DNA of 63,997 nucleotides, filler included, from Basidiobolus ranarum (Eukaryota): assembly GCA_040143965.1 (NCBI GenBank). It is 4 parts of 4 records of this genome, joined end to end, with 100 filler letters (N's around TTAATTAATTAA, not from the genome) between each part and the next. Parts side by side here need not be neighbours in the genome. Positions count along the whole stretch, not along the records: positions 16,580 to 33,048 come from JASJQH010007217.1; positions 33,149 to 49,570 come from JASJQH010007218.1; 2 more parts are not named here. The stretch is one strand, 5' to 3'. Shown here in pieces: positions 23,825 through 36,893 of this stretch (position 1 is the stretch's first letter; every line of letters begins with the position of its first letter). The position numbers were made by a program, and so were the translations under genes. Below the pieces are notes generated by a model that was not told where the DNA came from, did no database searches, and worked only from the letters and a program-made list of their open reading frames with translations.

Positions 23825-24920
23825 ATGGAAAGCGAAGCTGAGTAAGTATTTTCGAAACTTTCTATCTTTGTATGAAGTAAGCGTAAGTCCACTTATCATG
23901 CGACACTTGCTTTCATTTCAATAGGAGACCCAAAAAGGCTAGAGTCTATACTCGTACTGGTGATAATGGTAAGGTTCTATTCTATTTTGAAAGTTTTGAA
24001 TATGTTGTTGACATGGGAAGTATCAAGGTACTTCTTCATTATACAACGGTGATCGGGCACCAAAAACCAGTGAATATTTTCAGGCGTTAGGAACCGTGGA
24101 CGAATTAAACTCTTGTATTGGGTATGTGCTTTTTTTTGTACTTTACTTTGGAGAAATATTAAAGTGAGGTATATTAGCGTTGCTTACTTTTATGCGAATA
24201 AAACTGGGAATACAGTACTAACTGAGCAGTTAACTGAGGTAAAGTTTATTTGTAATCATTTCTTTTCTTGAACTCTCTTTTGTAACCGGAACTATTTGTT
24301 CTAGATTCAATGCCGTCTTTTTGAGATTGGTTCCAATATTGCTACACCACGTAACAGCTCTACTCAAGCTCAAATTGGTATACATCAGGTTACATTATTT
24401 CATTTGATATCCAGTTGTTAATGAAGGATTTCTTGGAAGAGCGTACAAACTTTGATAGTGGATACATTGATGATTTGGAGCTATGGATTGACTCTCTTGA
24501 CGAGGTTAGTATTTCCTATGATAGATAAGGTGACCATCATTGTTAACATATCAGTATAGTTATTGCCACCCTTGAGACAATTCATCTTACCCTCTGGTAG
24601 TGAGACTGCTGTACACTTGCACCTCTGTCGCTCAGTAAGTCGATGAGATTTATAACTAAATACATCAGCATTTTTCAAACATTCTAACTCTTATTTAGGT
24701 CACTCGTCGTGCTGAACGTACGGTTATTCCCTTAGTGGAAGCCGGAATGGCCGACGCAGTAGTTAGCAAATATTTGAATAGATTAAGTGATTACTTTTTC
24801 GTTGCTGCTAGATTTGCTACCAAAATTGATCAGGGTACTGAGGTCCTATATAATTTTCGTAAACCTGGTGAAGGTCCAGCTATTAAGATTAAACCAAGAA
24901 ATATGGAGAAGCAACAATAG
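23825..24920 (+). CDS. MMAB: ATP:cob(I)alamin adenosyltransferase (PduO/MMAB type)
   Basis: Spliced: RVYTRTGDNGTSSLYNG...FQALGTVDELNSCIG...IQCRLFEIGSNIATP...LPPLRQFILPSG...HLCRSVTRRAER...KYLNRLSDYFFVAAR. Seven introns. Confidence 0.93.
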
Positions 24921-25065
24921 CTTGATTTAAAAAGAAATAAATCTCTGTCATTGGATCATCACTTGAAATGTATTTCTCAATGAATTTTATTGTAAAGTGC
25001 ATATTGAAGCAGTTAACTAGGTGTATTTTAAATCAGAAAAAGGTGAGAAATCCTTTATCTACACT

Positions 25066-27997
25066 TCAGTCATAAAGTTTCCAGCCAGATACCCATTGTC
25101 TACCAGCCATATCTTTAGCAGGGCCAGTGAAGCCAAATGCAAACGGCGCAAAGTAAAGGAATACTACGATAATGATGAAATATGCTCCACCAAAGACAAG
25201 GTTTTGAACATATCTTGTTTGTCTACGTGTAGCAAAATCCATCACAAGTCCGGTCATCATAATCGCGAAATACAAAGCTGGGAAGTAGTGATGAATATAC
25301 ATAACTCGTCCCATAATGTAGAATGGAATGTAATGTAGGAACCATCCGAGGAAGATGATCTTACCAACACTGAAAAAGTGTTCCCATTCTCCTAGATAAT
25401 CAAAAGGTTCTTTTTAGTCTCTGCTTGTCTCTAGGAATGGGGTAGTTTAATTTACCTGGTTGCCAGTCATTATATCTGCGAGATACACGGATGTGCGAGA
25501 CACCAACAATGGTGACAAAGGCGATCAAAGCAACAGTACTAGACCACCAAACGATAGGATGTCCGACCAAGAAAAACTTGATAGCATCGTCAGCCCAGGA
25601 GCACATACGCAGAGCAACGGTGAGAATGGGCCACTGATGTGGTTCGGATGCAAGGTGATCGTACTTGTCGGCATCAGGCACCAATGCGTTGTTGGTATTC
25701 CACATGGCCACATTTAAATGCCAGAAATCCTTAAGGAACTTGGATTTGAAATGCATCGAAGGTGCGAGAGGCACTAAGAATGAAGGTGGATTAGATTGAG
25801 ATTATCGTGGATTGACATCATGCTTGTTATGGATCACTTACACTTTTCATTCCAGTGATTTTCAACGTTCCAAATGAGATGCGAGTTACCAATGTCACTG
25901 GTACTATCACAGGTGACTTCGCCCTGCTTGAAGCCCCAGGCAGGTAATGGGACATTGTGTGCTTTCAAATAGCATCCAGTTGATTGATGACGGAGACGAA
26001 TATGGGTGGTTAAAGTTCTAACTCGTTGAACGTTCTTTTCGTAATAATCATCGACAATCTCTACTTTCCAATGATCATTATGATCACTAACGGTTTCGTT
26101 ACCATAGCAACTGACCTCCCAATCAGATTTGGTAATGGGTGCTTTGACTTGATGACTATGTAGATTCTTCCCGGTAGATGAATGGGCCAAGCGAATAATA
26201 TCTCCATCCACGAGAAACTCAGCCTCCTCTGAATCCTCGTTCGATGATGATCCACTAATTTTCTTAACATACCACTCGTTGTTTTCATCCCGATGATGGT
26301 AAGTAGTGACTTGTTGTTGTTGTGAGCCTTCAGGGAAGACCTGCACGTGTGAATGTAGTAAACCACCACCATAACCGTTGTTCTTCAACGTGATTCTAGA
26401 CCCGTAGGCAACCTCTATATGAATATTGACATTAGTTGAATAGCCAGCTGTGGGTGATACGATCTCTTTAATCATTTACCGAGGGGTGCTTCGTTCAATG
26501 TACTTCCAACAAGACCCGCTTGGAAAATGGAGCTCATATTAGCATCACCGGTTCCACTGCGATTTAGAATGGCAAAGTGAATCACGAAACAGAACATATA
26601 AATGAGAACGGGAAGTACAATAAGACACGCGATACGGGCAGCCCAATGCTTTAGGTAGGTGACCTGTTAACCAAGGGAAAGTAATTAGTTAGTACAATAT
26701 TCAAGTATACGGTAACAAATCGTAGCGCAGATTTAATTAGTACCTTGGGCATACGATAATCTCCAAATTTATCCCACAAATCTTCAATTGTGTACTAGAT
26801 GATATCAAGAAATTGTCAAAAATCAGTGCAACTAAATAACGTTTGTAGTGATTCAAATACCAATCCAACTAAAGCGGTAGCGAAGAAACCAACCCATTTG
26901 ACGCTAACGATATGAAAATAACGAGTTATACTAGTGCCATCACATGCTAGACCGACAGTAATGAATTACCTGGAAACACAGCCGATGGAAACTCCGGTGC
27001 AAAAGAGCCAAAACCACCAACGAGAAGTGAAGGATCTATTGATATTGGTTAATGATTCAGCTACCAATACCTTCGATCAGTAATAAAATTAATTACTCTT
27101 TACGACAGCTGTGAAAACAGGCCAAACAATACAATGATGTGCAAGTGAAGCACAGTAACATAGAATCCAAAAGTATAAACCGACTTATAGCAAGATAAGC
27201 GATATCTGAATGATTAGATTCGATTAATATGAGACTTCAATTTGTTAAACAAGTATATACGTAATCAATAAATACCGAGAAGAACCATTAAAGCTGACAA
27301 AAAGGCTGCTTTCTTGGAGAATTTAAATTCGATAGCAGTAAGATATGCTAATGGTACCATAACAACACCAAATAAGGCCGTAAAAGAGCGCATGACCCCA
27401 TAATGAAGATTATCGGGATAAACTTCGCCAGACTTGAATTCAAAAGATCCGTCATAGCCAGATATGAGTCCACCCAAGGCTACAAGCATTTTTCCCAGAG
27501 GGGGATGTACATCATGGTAGAATTGTTGTTTTAAATAGTAAGAACCAAACTGAAGAAAACCAAAGATTAGTGCCTTGCTCACACGATCTTGACTCTTAAA
27601 AAAAACAATATACCTTTCCAAAATGTGCCTACAGTACATTGATGAACAGATTAGTGATATGTTAGCAGGATTACGTGAATTTAGAGAACTATACCTCATC
27701 CCAAACGACCACATTGGACCAAGATATCATAAATAAGCGTGTGAAGAGAGATAAAAGGGTCAAGATGACTGTATTTAGCAAATTTTGGTCATGGTACCAT
27801 TTTCTTTGCAACTATATATACAAGAGTTTTTAACAAGAGATAAAAAAAAAAACTAAATTAAAATGCCAAGACCCTACCGATGAATCATACAACCGAGGAG
27901 GCTTATGAATCTTGCTTTCTTCTTCGTAGTCGGCATAATAATCTACGGCAACGTTGCGCGATGGAGCGTGTCGACTAATTGGTTTGTCGAACTCCAT
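25066..27997 (-). CDS. Dolichyl-phosphate-mannose protein O-mannosyltransferase, PMT2 subfamily
   Basis: VVWDEAHFGKFGSYYL...FYHDVHPPLGKML; SRFILLDS; SVKWVG; MIR domains (LLHSH, NLHSH); MGRVMYIHHYFPALYF. Confidence 0.93.
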
Positions 27998-30106
27998 GTC
28001 AAATGAACTGTTAACACACTGGTTGCTACTTCAAGGGTTAAAAGTATCTAGTTTACTTGTCATCCGATATAGGGTAAATAAAATCAGCCAGTTAGATTGC
28101 TTGATTGTATCGAGGACACGTATTCGGAATGCTCTTGATTATTATCTGATCCATAATGTTAGACTCTAGAATTATGCATTCTTGAAAATAATCCTAGCAA
28201 GTCACATGACAGATATATACAGTCACAGCAGTGTGAAATGTTGGAAACATCAAAGCCAATAGTGGTGGAAAGTTAATTTGAAGGCAGTATCTTCGTTAAT
28301 CTAAACAGAGGAAACACATTCTCTATTCTCTATAATGATAAGCAATAGACCGTAGTACAAGCACTAAAATAAAGCCAACATTCGCTCCTACATTTCCCGG
28401 GACAGTCATTTGTGTATCTTGGAAAATATTTAGAGTTATCTGGGCCAGGTTAAATCTAGGTTCTATAGAAATGAATAAAGAAAGTTTTGCATGTTTATCA
28501 CAAATCTACCCTCGATCCTTTGGGTCATAATTTTGCCAGAAGCGGTTGAAGAACCTATGTAAATATATAATAGTTCTCTATATCAATTGGTCCATGCATT
28601 TAGTAAATACTGGGCGGAGTATTAATGCTCTCCAGCTCAACAGTTCAGTTGAGACAGTTTGGAGTAATCGGAACATGACTCACGCCGCTTACTATCTCAC
28701 ATGATTTTCACATTGAATCAACCCGAAATTTCCCTTGATACCATATTTAGAAGGGATCAAGGAATGTATAGTAGCGTGACATAGTTCACATAATCGGATA
28801 AAGAAATTCCTCATTTATTGGATTTAGACAATGCTAAGATGCGGGGAACGATGGTGAAGATAAGAGGAGCTCCATTCAATTAAGCCTAACAAAAGTGAAC
28901 ACACCGCGTGGATTAATCATTAGGGGGAGAAGATGAGGTAAAAGAGGGGGGGGGGTCTCCAAGTTCAACAGTAAAGAGCATCTTCGAAAATGACACATGC
29001 TCGCTGCAGAAACACCACCCACCACTAGAATCACATTCCTGTAAATACTATTTGATAATGCTAGTATCACATTCCTTGCAAGTATCATTCGAGAAAGGGG
29101 GAAATGTGTGATGACGAGGTATTATCCAACTTGCCACCGCGGGGTTATGTTGATATGCTAGATAGTGATCGGGACTGATAATGCAAAACCACTGGTCAAT
29201 GTTACCCGTTAGAGTTGGTCATGTGCAAAAAAAATTCATTAGTTGGCAGTGGATGCACCCGTCCACCCGCCCGTATCCACATCCTCATCCTCATCCAGGT
29301 CAGTACATTGGCTACAAGCCCTAACCCTCCACCGAAACCACCTTCATATGATCAAACCCTAATCATGATCGCCCGCTCTTTATTTGTAGCAATGAGATAT
29401 ACAAGATTCATATTGTCTTCCACTGCCTTGTGAATCAGCTTGTTTGAGAGATAGAAAGGTGACACGACGCTTGAAGAGTTGTAAAGTTTGAATTCCCTCG
29501 TGAAATTTCGGTTCAAGTGATTGCCTCGAGTTTTAAGCGTATTTCCTAATATATTTGTGTGTAACTTGCTTCATGTTAGCTTTGTGAAGGCAAGGGAAAG
29601 AAGGCAAACATCATCCCGTCTTCATATGGCCGACATTCTCCTCACGTAATTAGTGTTCAGATAAATATCACGTTCGATGAGATAAGATTACCAATGACCT
29701 GCCACAAACACGGTCATATGATTTCTAGATCTTTTATGTTATCCAAGCTACTCTAAAAAATATATTGCAAGGCACTGGCTCTTATACTGCCACTCCCCTA
29801 TATTGCTGATTCTTGGAGCCAAAACAAATGTCTCGCAATTAAAGCCATCAAACCATTTGATCGATAGGGCAAACACTGCATATAGTGAACAATAACCCAA
29901 TTAGCCATCAGCCGCTATTCATATGTAAGCCGAAGTCCGATTCGTGGCAGATAAAGCAAACTATAAAAGAGATGATCTCGAACTACTTGCCACCCATCAG
30001 TCCTTCAGTCATTCCTATCACTGTAATATCCCTCACAAACAGACAGCTTTACTTTCTTCTATACACGGACACTCGCTTTTGATTTTATAAATTATATTCA
30101 CTCACA

Positions 30107-33048
30107 ATGTCTACTTCTACCAACAATAATAACCGCACTTGGGCTAATGTTATCCCAGAAGCTAAAGGCTTATACAATCCCGATTTTGAAAAAGATGCCT
30201 GTGGTGTTGGTTTCATTGTTCATATTAAAGGAACTGCCAGTCACAAAATCGTCAAGGATGCCAAAACCGTCCTGTGTAACATGACTCATCGAGGAGCCGT
30301 CGGTTCCGATGTTAGGGATGGTGACGGAGCCGGTGTTATGACTGGAATTCCTCACCAGTTCTTTATCAGTGAAACCGCCCGTGAATTAAAAATTGAACTA
30401 CCCGAATGCGGCCACTATGCTGTAGGAAACCTCTTCTTTCATCCAGATGAAGGGATTCGAAACGACAGCATGAAAACTTTTGAGCAGATCGCTCTCGAAC
30501 ATGATCTAAAAGTTTTAGGATGGCGGCATGTGCCTTGTGATAACTCCATTCTCGGCCCCAGTGCAAAGTCTAAGGAACCAATGGTGATGCAGCCATTTGT
30601 AGTCCTTACTAAGCCCGAATTCGATTCCGCTTATTTCGAAAGACAACTCTACGTTTTACGCAAAGGTGCAACCCATGCAATCTCATACGAAAAATGGTTC
30701 TACATTTGCTCTTTATCCAGCAAAAATATCGTTTACAAAGGACAACTCTCTCCGTCTCAAGTGTACAGTTACTACTACGATCTCAATAATGTATTTTATT
30801 CGAGCCACCTTGCACTTGTGCACTCTCGATTCTCTACCAATACTTTCCCAAGTTGGGATAGAGCTCAGCCTATGCGCTGGTGCGCCCACAATGGTGAGAT
30901 CAATACATTACGCGGTAACAAAAATTGGATGCGCGCTAGAGAAGGTATCATGAAGAGTGAAAAGTTCGGATCTGATTTAGAAAAGCTCTATCCTATCATT
31001 GAAGATGGTGGTTCTGACTCTGCTGCATTTGATAATGTTCTCGAATTGTTGGTCATTAACGGTGTACTATCTCTTCCCGAAGCCGTCATGATGATGGTAC
31101 CCGAAGCTTGGCAAAACAATCCATATGTCACACCAGAGAGGCGTGCATTCTATGAATGGGCTGCTTGTTTGATGGAGCCTTGGGATGGTCCCGCTCTCTT
31201 TACATTTTCCGATGGTCGTTACTGTGGTGCTAATCTTGATCGAAATGGTCTTCGTCCCTGCCGCTACTACATTACCAAAGATGACCGTATGATTTGTGCT
31301 AGTGAAGTCGGAACTATTGAAATAAACCCCGAGGATATCCTTTCTAAAGGAAGACTTCAACCAGGAAAAATGCTACTAGTTGATACAGTTGAAGGTCGTA
31401 TCGTCGACGATGAAGAATTAAAAATGAAAGTCGCTGGTCGCAATGATTTCGCTAGATGGAATGCTGAGAATATGCTCACATTGGAATCATTAAAGAAATG
31501 GTCAAATGATAATGGTACTTGGAAAAATTACGAACCTGATAGTATTCTTATTGCCGAGGATCCTAAAACACAAGCTTTTGGATTCACTTTTGAACAATTG
31601 AATTTACTGATGACACCAATGATGCGCGACGGAAAAGAAGCACTAGGTTCTATGGGTAATGATAGCGCCTTAGCTTGTTTATCAACACAGTCTCGTTCAG
31701 TATATGATTACTTCAGGCAGCTTTTTGCGCAGGTCACCAACCCTCCTATCGACCCTATCCGTGAAAATATTGTTATGTCACTCGAATGCTACGTTGGTCC
31801 TGAAGGGAATATCCTGGAAATGAACGAAGCCCAATGTCGTAAACTTTGCTTGCCGTCTCCCGTTTTATCTATTGAAGCAATGACTACAATCAAGGGTATG
31901 GAAGCTTACCACAAAGAATGGCGTGTCTCCACTATCGATATTACTTTTGAAAAGAGCGAAGGGGTTGATGGATACGTGAAGGCATTAGATCGTATCTGCG
32001 AGACAGTTTCTAAATGTATTGCTGAAGGATACAAGGTCCTTGTCCTTTCTGATAAAGGTATTAGCAAGGACCGTGTTCCTATTAGCGCATTGATCGCTTG
32101 TGGTGGTGTTCATCATCACTTGGTACGCAACAAACAAAGATCTAAAGTTGCGTTGATGGTGGAAACCGGAGAAGCTAGAGAAGTTCATCATTTATGCGTC
32201 CTTCTGGGTTACGGAGCTGACGCTATCTGTCCTTATCTTGCCATTGATGCAATTCTCAAGTTACGTCGTGAAAATGTTCTTCGGGAAGATATTAGTGATG
32301 AGAAGATTGTATATAACTATCGTAAAGCTTGTAATGATGGAATTCTAAAGGTAATGTCCAAGATGGGAATTTCTACTCTACAAAGTTATAAGGGTGCCCA
32401 AATCTTCGAAGCCCTGGGTATTGACAATTCCGTAATCGACAAATGCTTTGTTGGTACCGCCAGCAGAATAAAAGGTGCAGGATTTGAGTTGTTAGCTTTG
32501 GACGCTCTTGAACTACACGAAAGAGGTTATCCAAGTAGAGCAACAGTTACTCAAAAAGGGTTGCCCGAGGCTGGTGAATATCATTGGAGAGTTGGAGGTG
32601 AAGCTCACATCAACGAACCTGCTGCTGTTGCAAATCTCCAAGATGCCGTACGCACAAAGAATACAAATGCTTATAGAGAATATTCTGCCCAATCTCACGA
32701 GGCGATTAAGAATTGTACACTTCGTGGAATGCTCGATTTCGATTTCTCAAGCAAGCAAGCAATACCTATCGAAGAAGTAGAGCCGTGGACAGAGATTGTT
32801 AAACGTTTCTGTACTGGTGCTATGAGTTACGGTTCTATTTCTTACGAGGCTCATTCATCTCTTGCTATAGCTATGAATAAACTAGGTGGTAAGAGTAATA
32901 CTGGTGAAGGTGGAGAGGATCCAGAGCGTTCTCAAGCTCGGCCAAATGGAGACTTACTACGCTCAGCAATTAAGCAAGTAGCCTCAGGACGTTTCGGTGT
33001 TACATCATACTATCTATCGGACTCTGACGAACTTCAGATTAAAATGGC
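30107..33048 (+). CDS. GLT1: NADH-dependent glutamate synthase (GOGAT), 5' part truncated by contig end
   Basis: EKDACGVGF, HRGAVG, HSRFSTNTFPSW, MEPWDGPA, FAQVTNPPIDPIRE, GAMSYGSIS, QVASGRFGV. Frame is open to the spacer. Confidence 0.97.
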
Positions 33049-33148
33049 NNNNNNNNNNNNNNNNNNNNNNNNNNNNNNNNNNNNNNNNNNNNTTAATTAA
33101 TTAANNNNNNNNNNNNNNNNNNNNNNNNNNNNNNNNNNNNNNNNNNNN
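33049..33148. other. Artificial contig-joining spacer
   Basis: 44 N + TTAATTAATTAA + 44 N. Confidence 0.98.
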
Positions 33149-33407
33149 TAGTGTATTTAGTTGCTTTATTCTTAAGAGTATTTGGTGACTTACATAGTAG
33201 AAAAGTAAATCAATTGTTTGAGATATTCAGGAGTTTGTGTAATAAGATATAATAGATAAGTGGGAGTAATAAGACATACTTGTTATGTAGATATAGAGAT
33301 ATTCCTATTTAGAATATAGAGGCTATAGATACATTGCTTTCTGTTTCTGATGTATGTATCATAACTAAAGTCAACTATGAGGTTGAATAAAGATTGATTA
33401 TCCAACA
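33149..33407 (+). mobile_element. Probable truncated LTR of a second family inserted into the copia gag relic
   Basis: AT-rich, CpG-free stretch ending AATAAAGATTGATTATCCAACA, a typical LTR 3' end, where gag similarity stops. It lies at the contig edge. Confidence 0.45.
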
Positions 33408-33864
33408 CCTTCCCTTAATTCTTATTCAGCATTGTGATTATATTCACCAAAGGCTATTTATTCTTCTTTAACCTGGAGTAAAACTTTAGTTTCAAATAGT
33501 TGTGCATTGCTATCTTCTCTTACAACAATGTCCCAAAGTCCTTTTGCTTGCAGCAGCATTTTCATTTTAATTTTCCAAACTTGATAATTGGATTCATCCT
33601 ATTTTTCAGAAGAGGGAAAAGTTCCTGATATTTGAGAAGTAGGCAGTACAGAGAGTGCAAGCTTAGGACTCATAACCTGTTAGGAGTATTTAGCAGCCTG
33701 TTGGAAGTGGTTTGGAGAAATAGAGAAGTTGGTGGTTTTCACTTATGGATTTATTGGGTTGAGAGTTAACATTTATACTTTTGTCAAGATGTAAGCAAAC
33801 TAGCATGTATAATGTGTTAAGGAAGGTCCCAGAAGCATGTGTTTAGAGTTTGAGGCTTCTAACA
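33408..33864 (-). mobile_element. Degenerate Ty1/copia retrotransposon 5' end (LTR + PBS + gag remnant)
   Basis: 187-bp LTR at 33864-33678 (TGTTA...TAACA, with TATAAA and AATAAA); PBS GGTTATGAGTCC (33677-33666); gag remnant ESNYQVWKIKMKMLLQAKGLWDIV with in-frame stops. Confidence 0.85.
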
Positions 33865-35138
33865 CAAGCTTGAAAAATTTATATATCTGAGAACTTCTAA
33901 GCTGGTGTCAATATTCTAAGTAAATTCCAATATTGAATACTGGGTGATATCTTAGTTCAATATAAGATAACTAAATATTAAGCTATATACGACTACATAG
34001 GTGTTTAGGCAATGCTAATTTCAACAGCCGTCATGTAAAAATATGTTATCAGTAAGTAATGGTATCTATTACGCCTAAATGAATTTTGAACTGTCCCATG
34101 CACATAGAAGTTGTGTCCATGATGGATCAATTAGTAATATATTGCGTTTCACAGGCCAGTATACTAAATTGAGAGGGCAGAATGGAGATGAGAATAATAC
34201 AACATCTCAAGATTTATAGGAGCCACTTTCTTCAAACGCACGGACTTCCTACACTGTACCTAAAGGCATGGTTAAAATCATTGCTAGAGAGATCTATAGA
34301 CAATACAGGAATTGGACCTTAGGCTCACCATTTACATCCACTTGAATTCATATCTAATGTATTTGGTTTAATCCACTAAAAAAAGATCAAAATGCAAATC
34401 GCCTAACCCAAACCCTATACATCCCTATGTTTATTATTGATTAAAGTCGAGGAAGTAGGGAGATGTAGATGAAGATGCATGCATTGCTTCAATTTCTGAT
34501 TGCTACGTCCTCTCAATCTGAGACTTGAATGACTACGTCTCGATAAAAGCCTTAAGAGCCACCTCTAGTTCCGATCTGTCATGCGGAATCATATACATAG
34601 CTATCGAAATAGAAAACCTGTCTGCCCCCTGAAAGTCAACAAATAGACAAATAATGGTAGCAAACCACCAAATCCACAATCAATATTGACGGTGTCGTGC
34701 ACAGTTAAGATGGTGTGGACTAACCTAGTAGTAATTGTACACGCATTGATATTTACAGTCATATCGATATATACAGCACCCATCCCCTCACTCTAATCAT
34801 TTAAGTGTTAATGAAATGGAAAACGCAGAACGTATTGAACAAATGACTACACATTGAATAAATGAAAAGCGGGTATATGGTTTCTATTTGGTTACCGATG
34901 TGGATACAATCAAGAGTGAATAAATGTAGAGTCAGCTATAGCTCAATTACCGAGTTACACAGAGGGAAACCCATTCAGAGCGGATCTAAATTACCTCTAT
35001 CTGCAGGGCCATCTGGTAATGAAAGGAACTTTGCTTCCATCGACTTGCAAGTTCAGGTTTAAGTTCAAACAGGCTGGACTTTCTATATAAGAGTCGTAGA
35101 TGACATAGCACAACATCATCAATTTAACTTTACTACAA

Positions 35139-35348
35139 ATGTCACTATTTCTCTTTGTTCTCGCTTTAATCTGGACTATTTTAATGGGAATTAAATTTCC
35201 TACCGTTGATGTTACCAGTAAACTAATCAGTTACCTGAGGATGTACACCCTTTGGTTCCCCAAAGCTTCTTCCAATCCTGGCGTGGCTAAGAGAAATCGC
35301 CGCCCTCGATATCGTAAACTGGGCTATCAATATGGAATCGGATTCTAG
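35139..35348 (+). CDS. Small hypothetical protein with N-terminal hydrophobic segment
   Basis: 69 aa; TATATAA about 55 bp upstream; acaaATG context; AATAAA downstream; hydrophobic N-terminus and basic C-terminus. Confidence 0.45.
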   Translation: MSLFLFVLALIWTILMGIKFPTVDVTSKLISYLRMYTLWFPKASSNPGVAKRNRRPRYRKLGYQYGIGF

Positions 35349-36299
35349 GTATGAGAGAATATATACAAAGCAGGACTTTAGAACCTATATACCAACCGCT
35401 TGCTCATATTAATTTACAAGAATAAATTTTACTATACCATTCAAACCATATTTCTATCTTTAAAATATTCTCAACAATTATTCCTATTATAAGCCTATGT
35501 CTGCAACTTTTGAAACCACTTTTTGAATGAAATCCAGTGTATATAAGAGAGGTAAATATCTTACCAAAATGAGTTAAATAAACTTGGACTTTATTTTCTA
35601 TGAGCTATCAAGTGAGTAGTGGAAATAAACCAGGAGGAACATTGCATTGACTAGAGAAACTCTAATCTATCCCTTACACATATGTTTAGAAGCAATACAT
35701 TATTTGCAGATCTCTCAACTACTCACGTTATAAAAACAGTATATTTACAAAGAATATTAAGATTGTTCACTATTGCATAATCGCTTTGGCGATCCTACCG
35801 CGAGAAGCTAAGAAAGACATTAGAACGCAAGAAGTGACGAAACCGATCAGTTTATAGAAAGCTTGACGAGATATTTGTCTTTCTTCTTCGACAGTACGGA
35901 AAGACGCATAAATTTGTCGAAAATTTGGGAAGGCCATCCAAGTAAAGACACCAGGTATTACTATAGAGCTTAGCAGTTAGAGTGACCTTTAAAACAATAT
36001 CGATCGAATTAAAACCATCTTCAACAGTAACTCCACGTTCTGTGAGATCTAGTAAGAAAATTTCAAAATCTGACCAAAACGGTTAAATTATGATATATCA
36101 GATTTATCCGGGGTTTATCTCCCCCAAACTCCATCTCAAACTTCCCCATTCTCTAGATAAAAAAATCACCCCAACAAGTAGATGCAACATATGACTAGTG
36201 AATAACATACTATATGTGGTAGGGAAATGACCAAGTATTTTACAAGAATTCTGACAGTGTGTTACTCGAAGCTTTCTTCTCTTTAACTAGAAATAAAAT

Positions 36300-36893
36300 A
36301 TGTCTGCCCGTTCCGCTGTTACTCACATTGACTGGAGCAAACTTGCCAGCTTGGGTCTGAAGAAAGACACCGCTGCTTCTTTGATCACTTTTCGTAAACG
36401 TTATGACGAGCTTAAGCGTACAGTCGATTCCTTAAAGGAAGAAAAGACCGACGTCGACTTTACTCACTATCGCTCAGTACTTAAAAATAAAAAGGTCGTC
36501 GATCAAGCTGAAAAAGCATTCTCCACCTTTAAACCTGTAAAATATAACTTGGACGCTCAACTTAAGGTTATCTCAGCCTTCGAAGATAAAGCTGTGAGTG
36601 AATGTGTTTATATATAAGCGAATTATTTTTTCAGTATTTAGGGACTAAACCATATATCTCTTTAACAGGTCAAGAAGGCCGAATTCACAGCCAAACAATT
36701 GGATCTTGAGGTTTCCGATCTTAAAGAAACCATCAAGAATATTGAACAAGCACGTCCTATTGAGGACCTCACAGTTGATGATGTTATCAAGGCTAAGCCT
36801 GAGATTCCTTCCATCGTTGAGGATATGGTCAAGAAGGGTAACTGGACCGTTCCTGGATACAATGAGAAATTCGGCAACCTGTCTATCTTATAA
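36300..36893 (+). CDS. ATP7: Mitochondrial ATP synthase subunit d
   Basis: IDWSKLASLGL...VDFTHYRSVLKNK...IEQARPIEDLTVDDV...GNWTVPGYNEKFGNL; intron 36594-36668. Confidence 0.95.

Noticed and set aside
4848..24920. CLYBL + MMAB as a B12 gene cluster
   Set aside because: They lie on different contigs separated by an artificial spacer.
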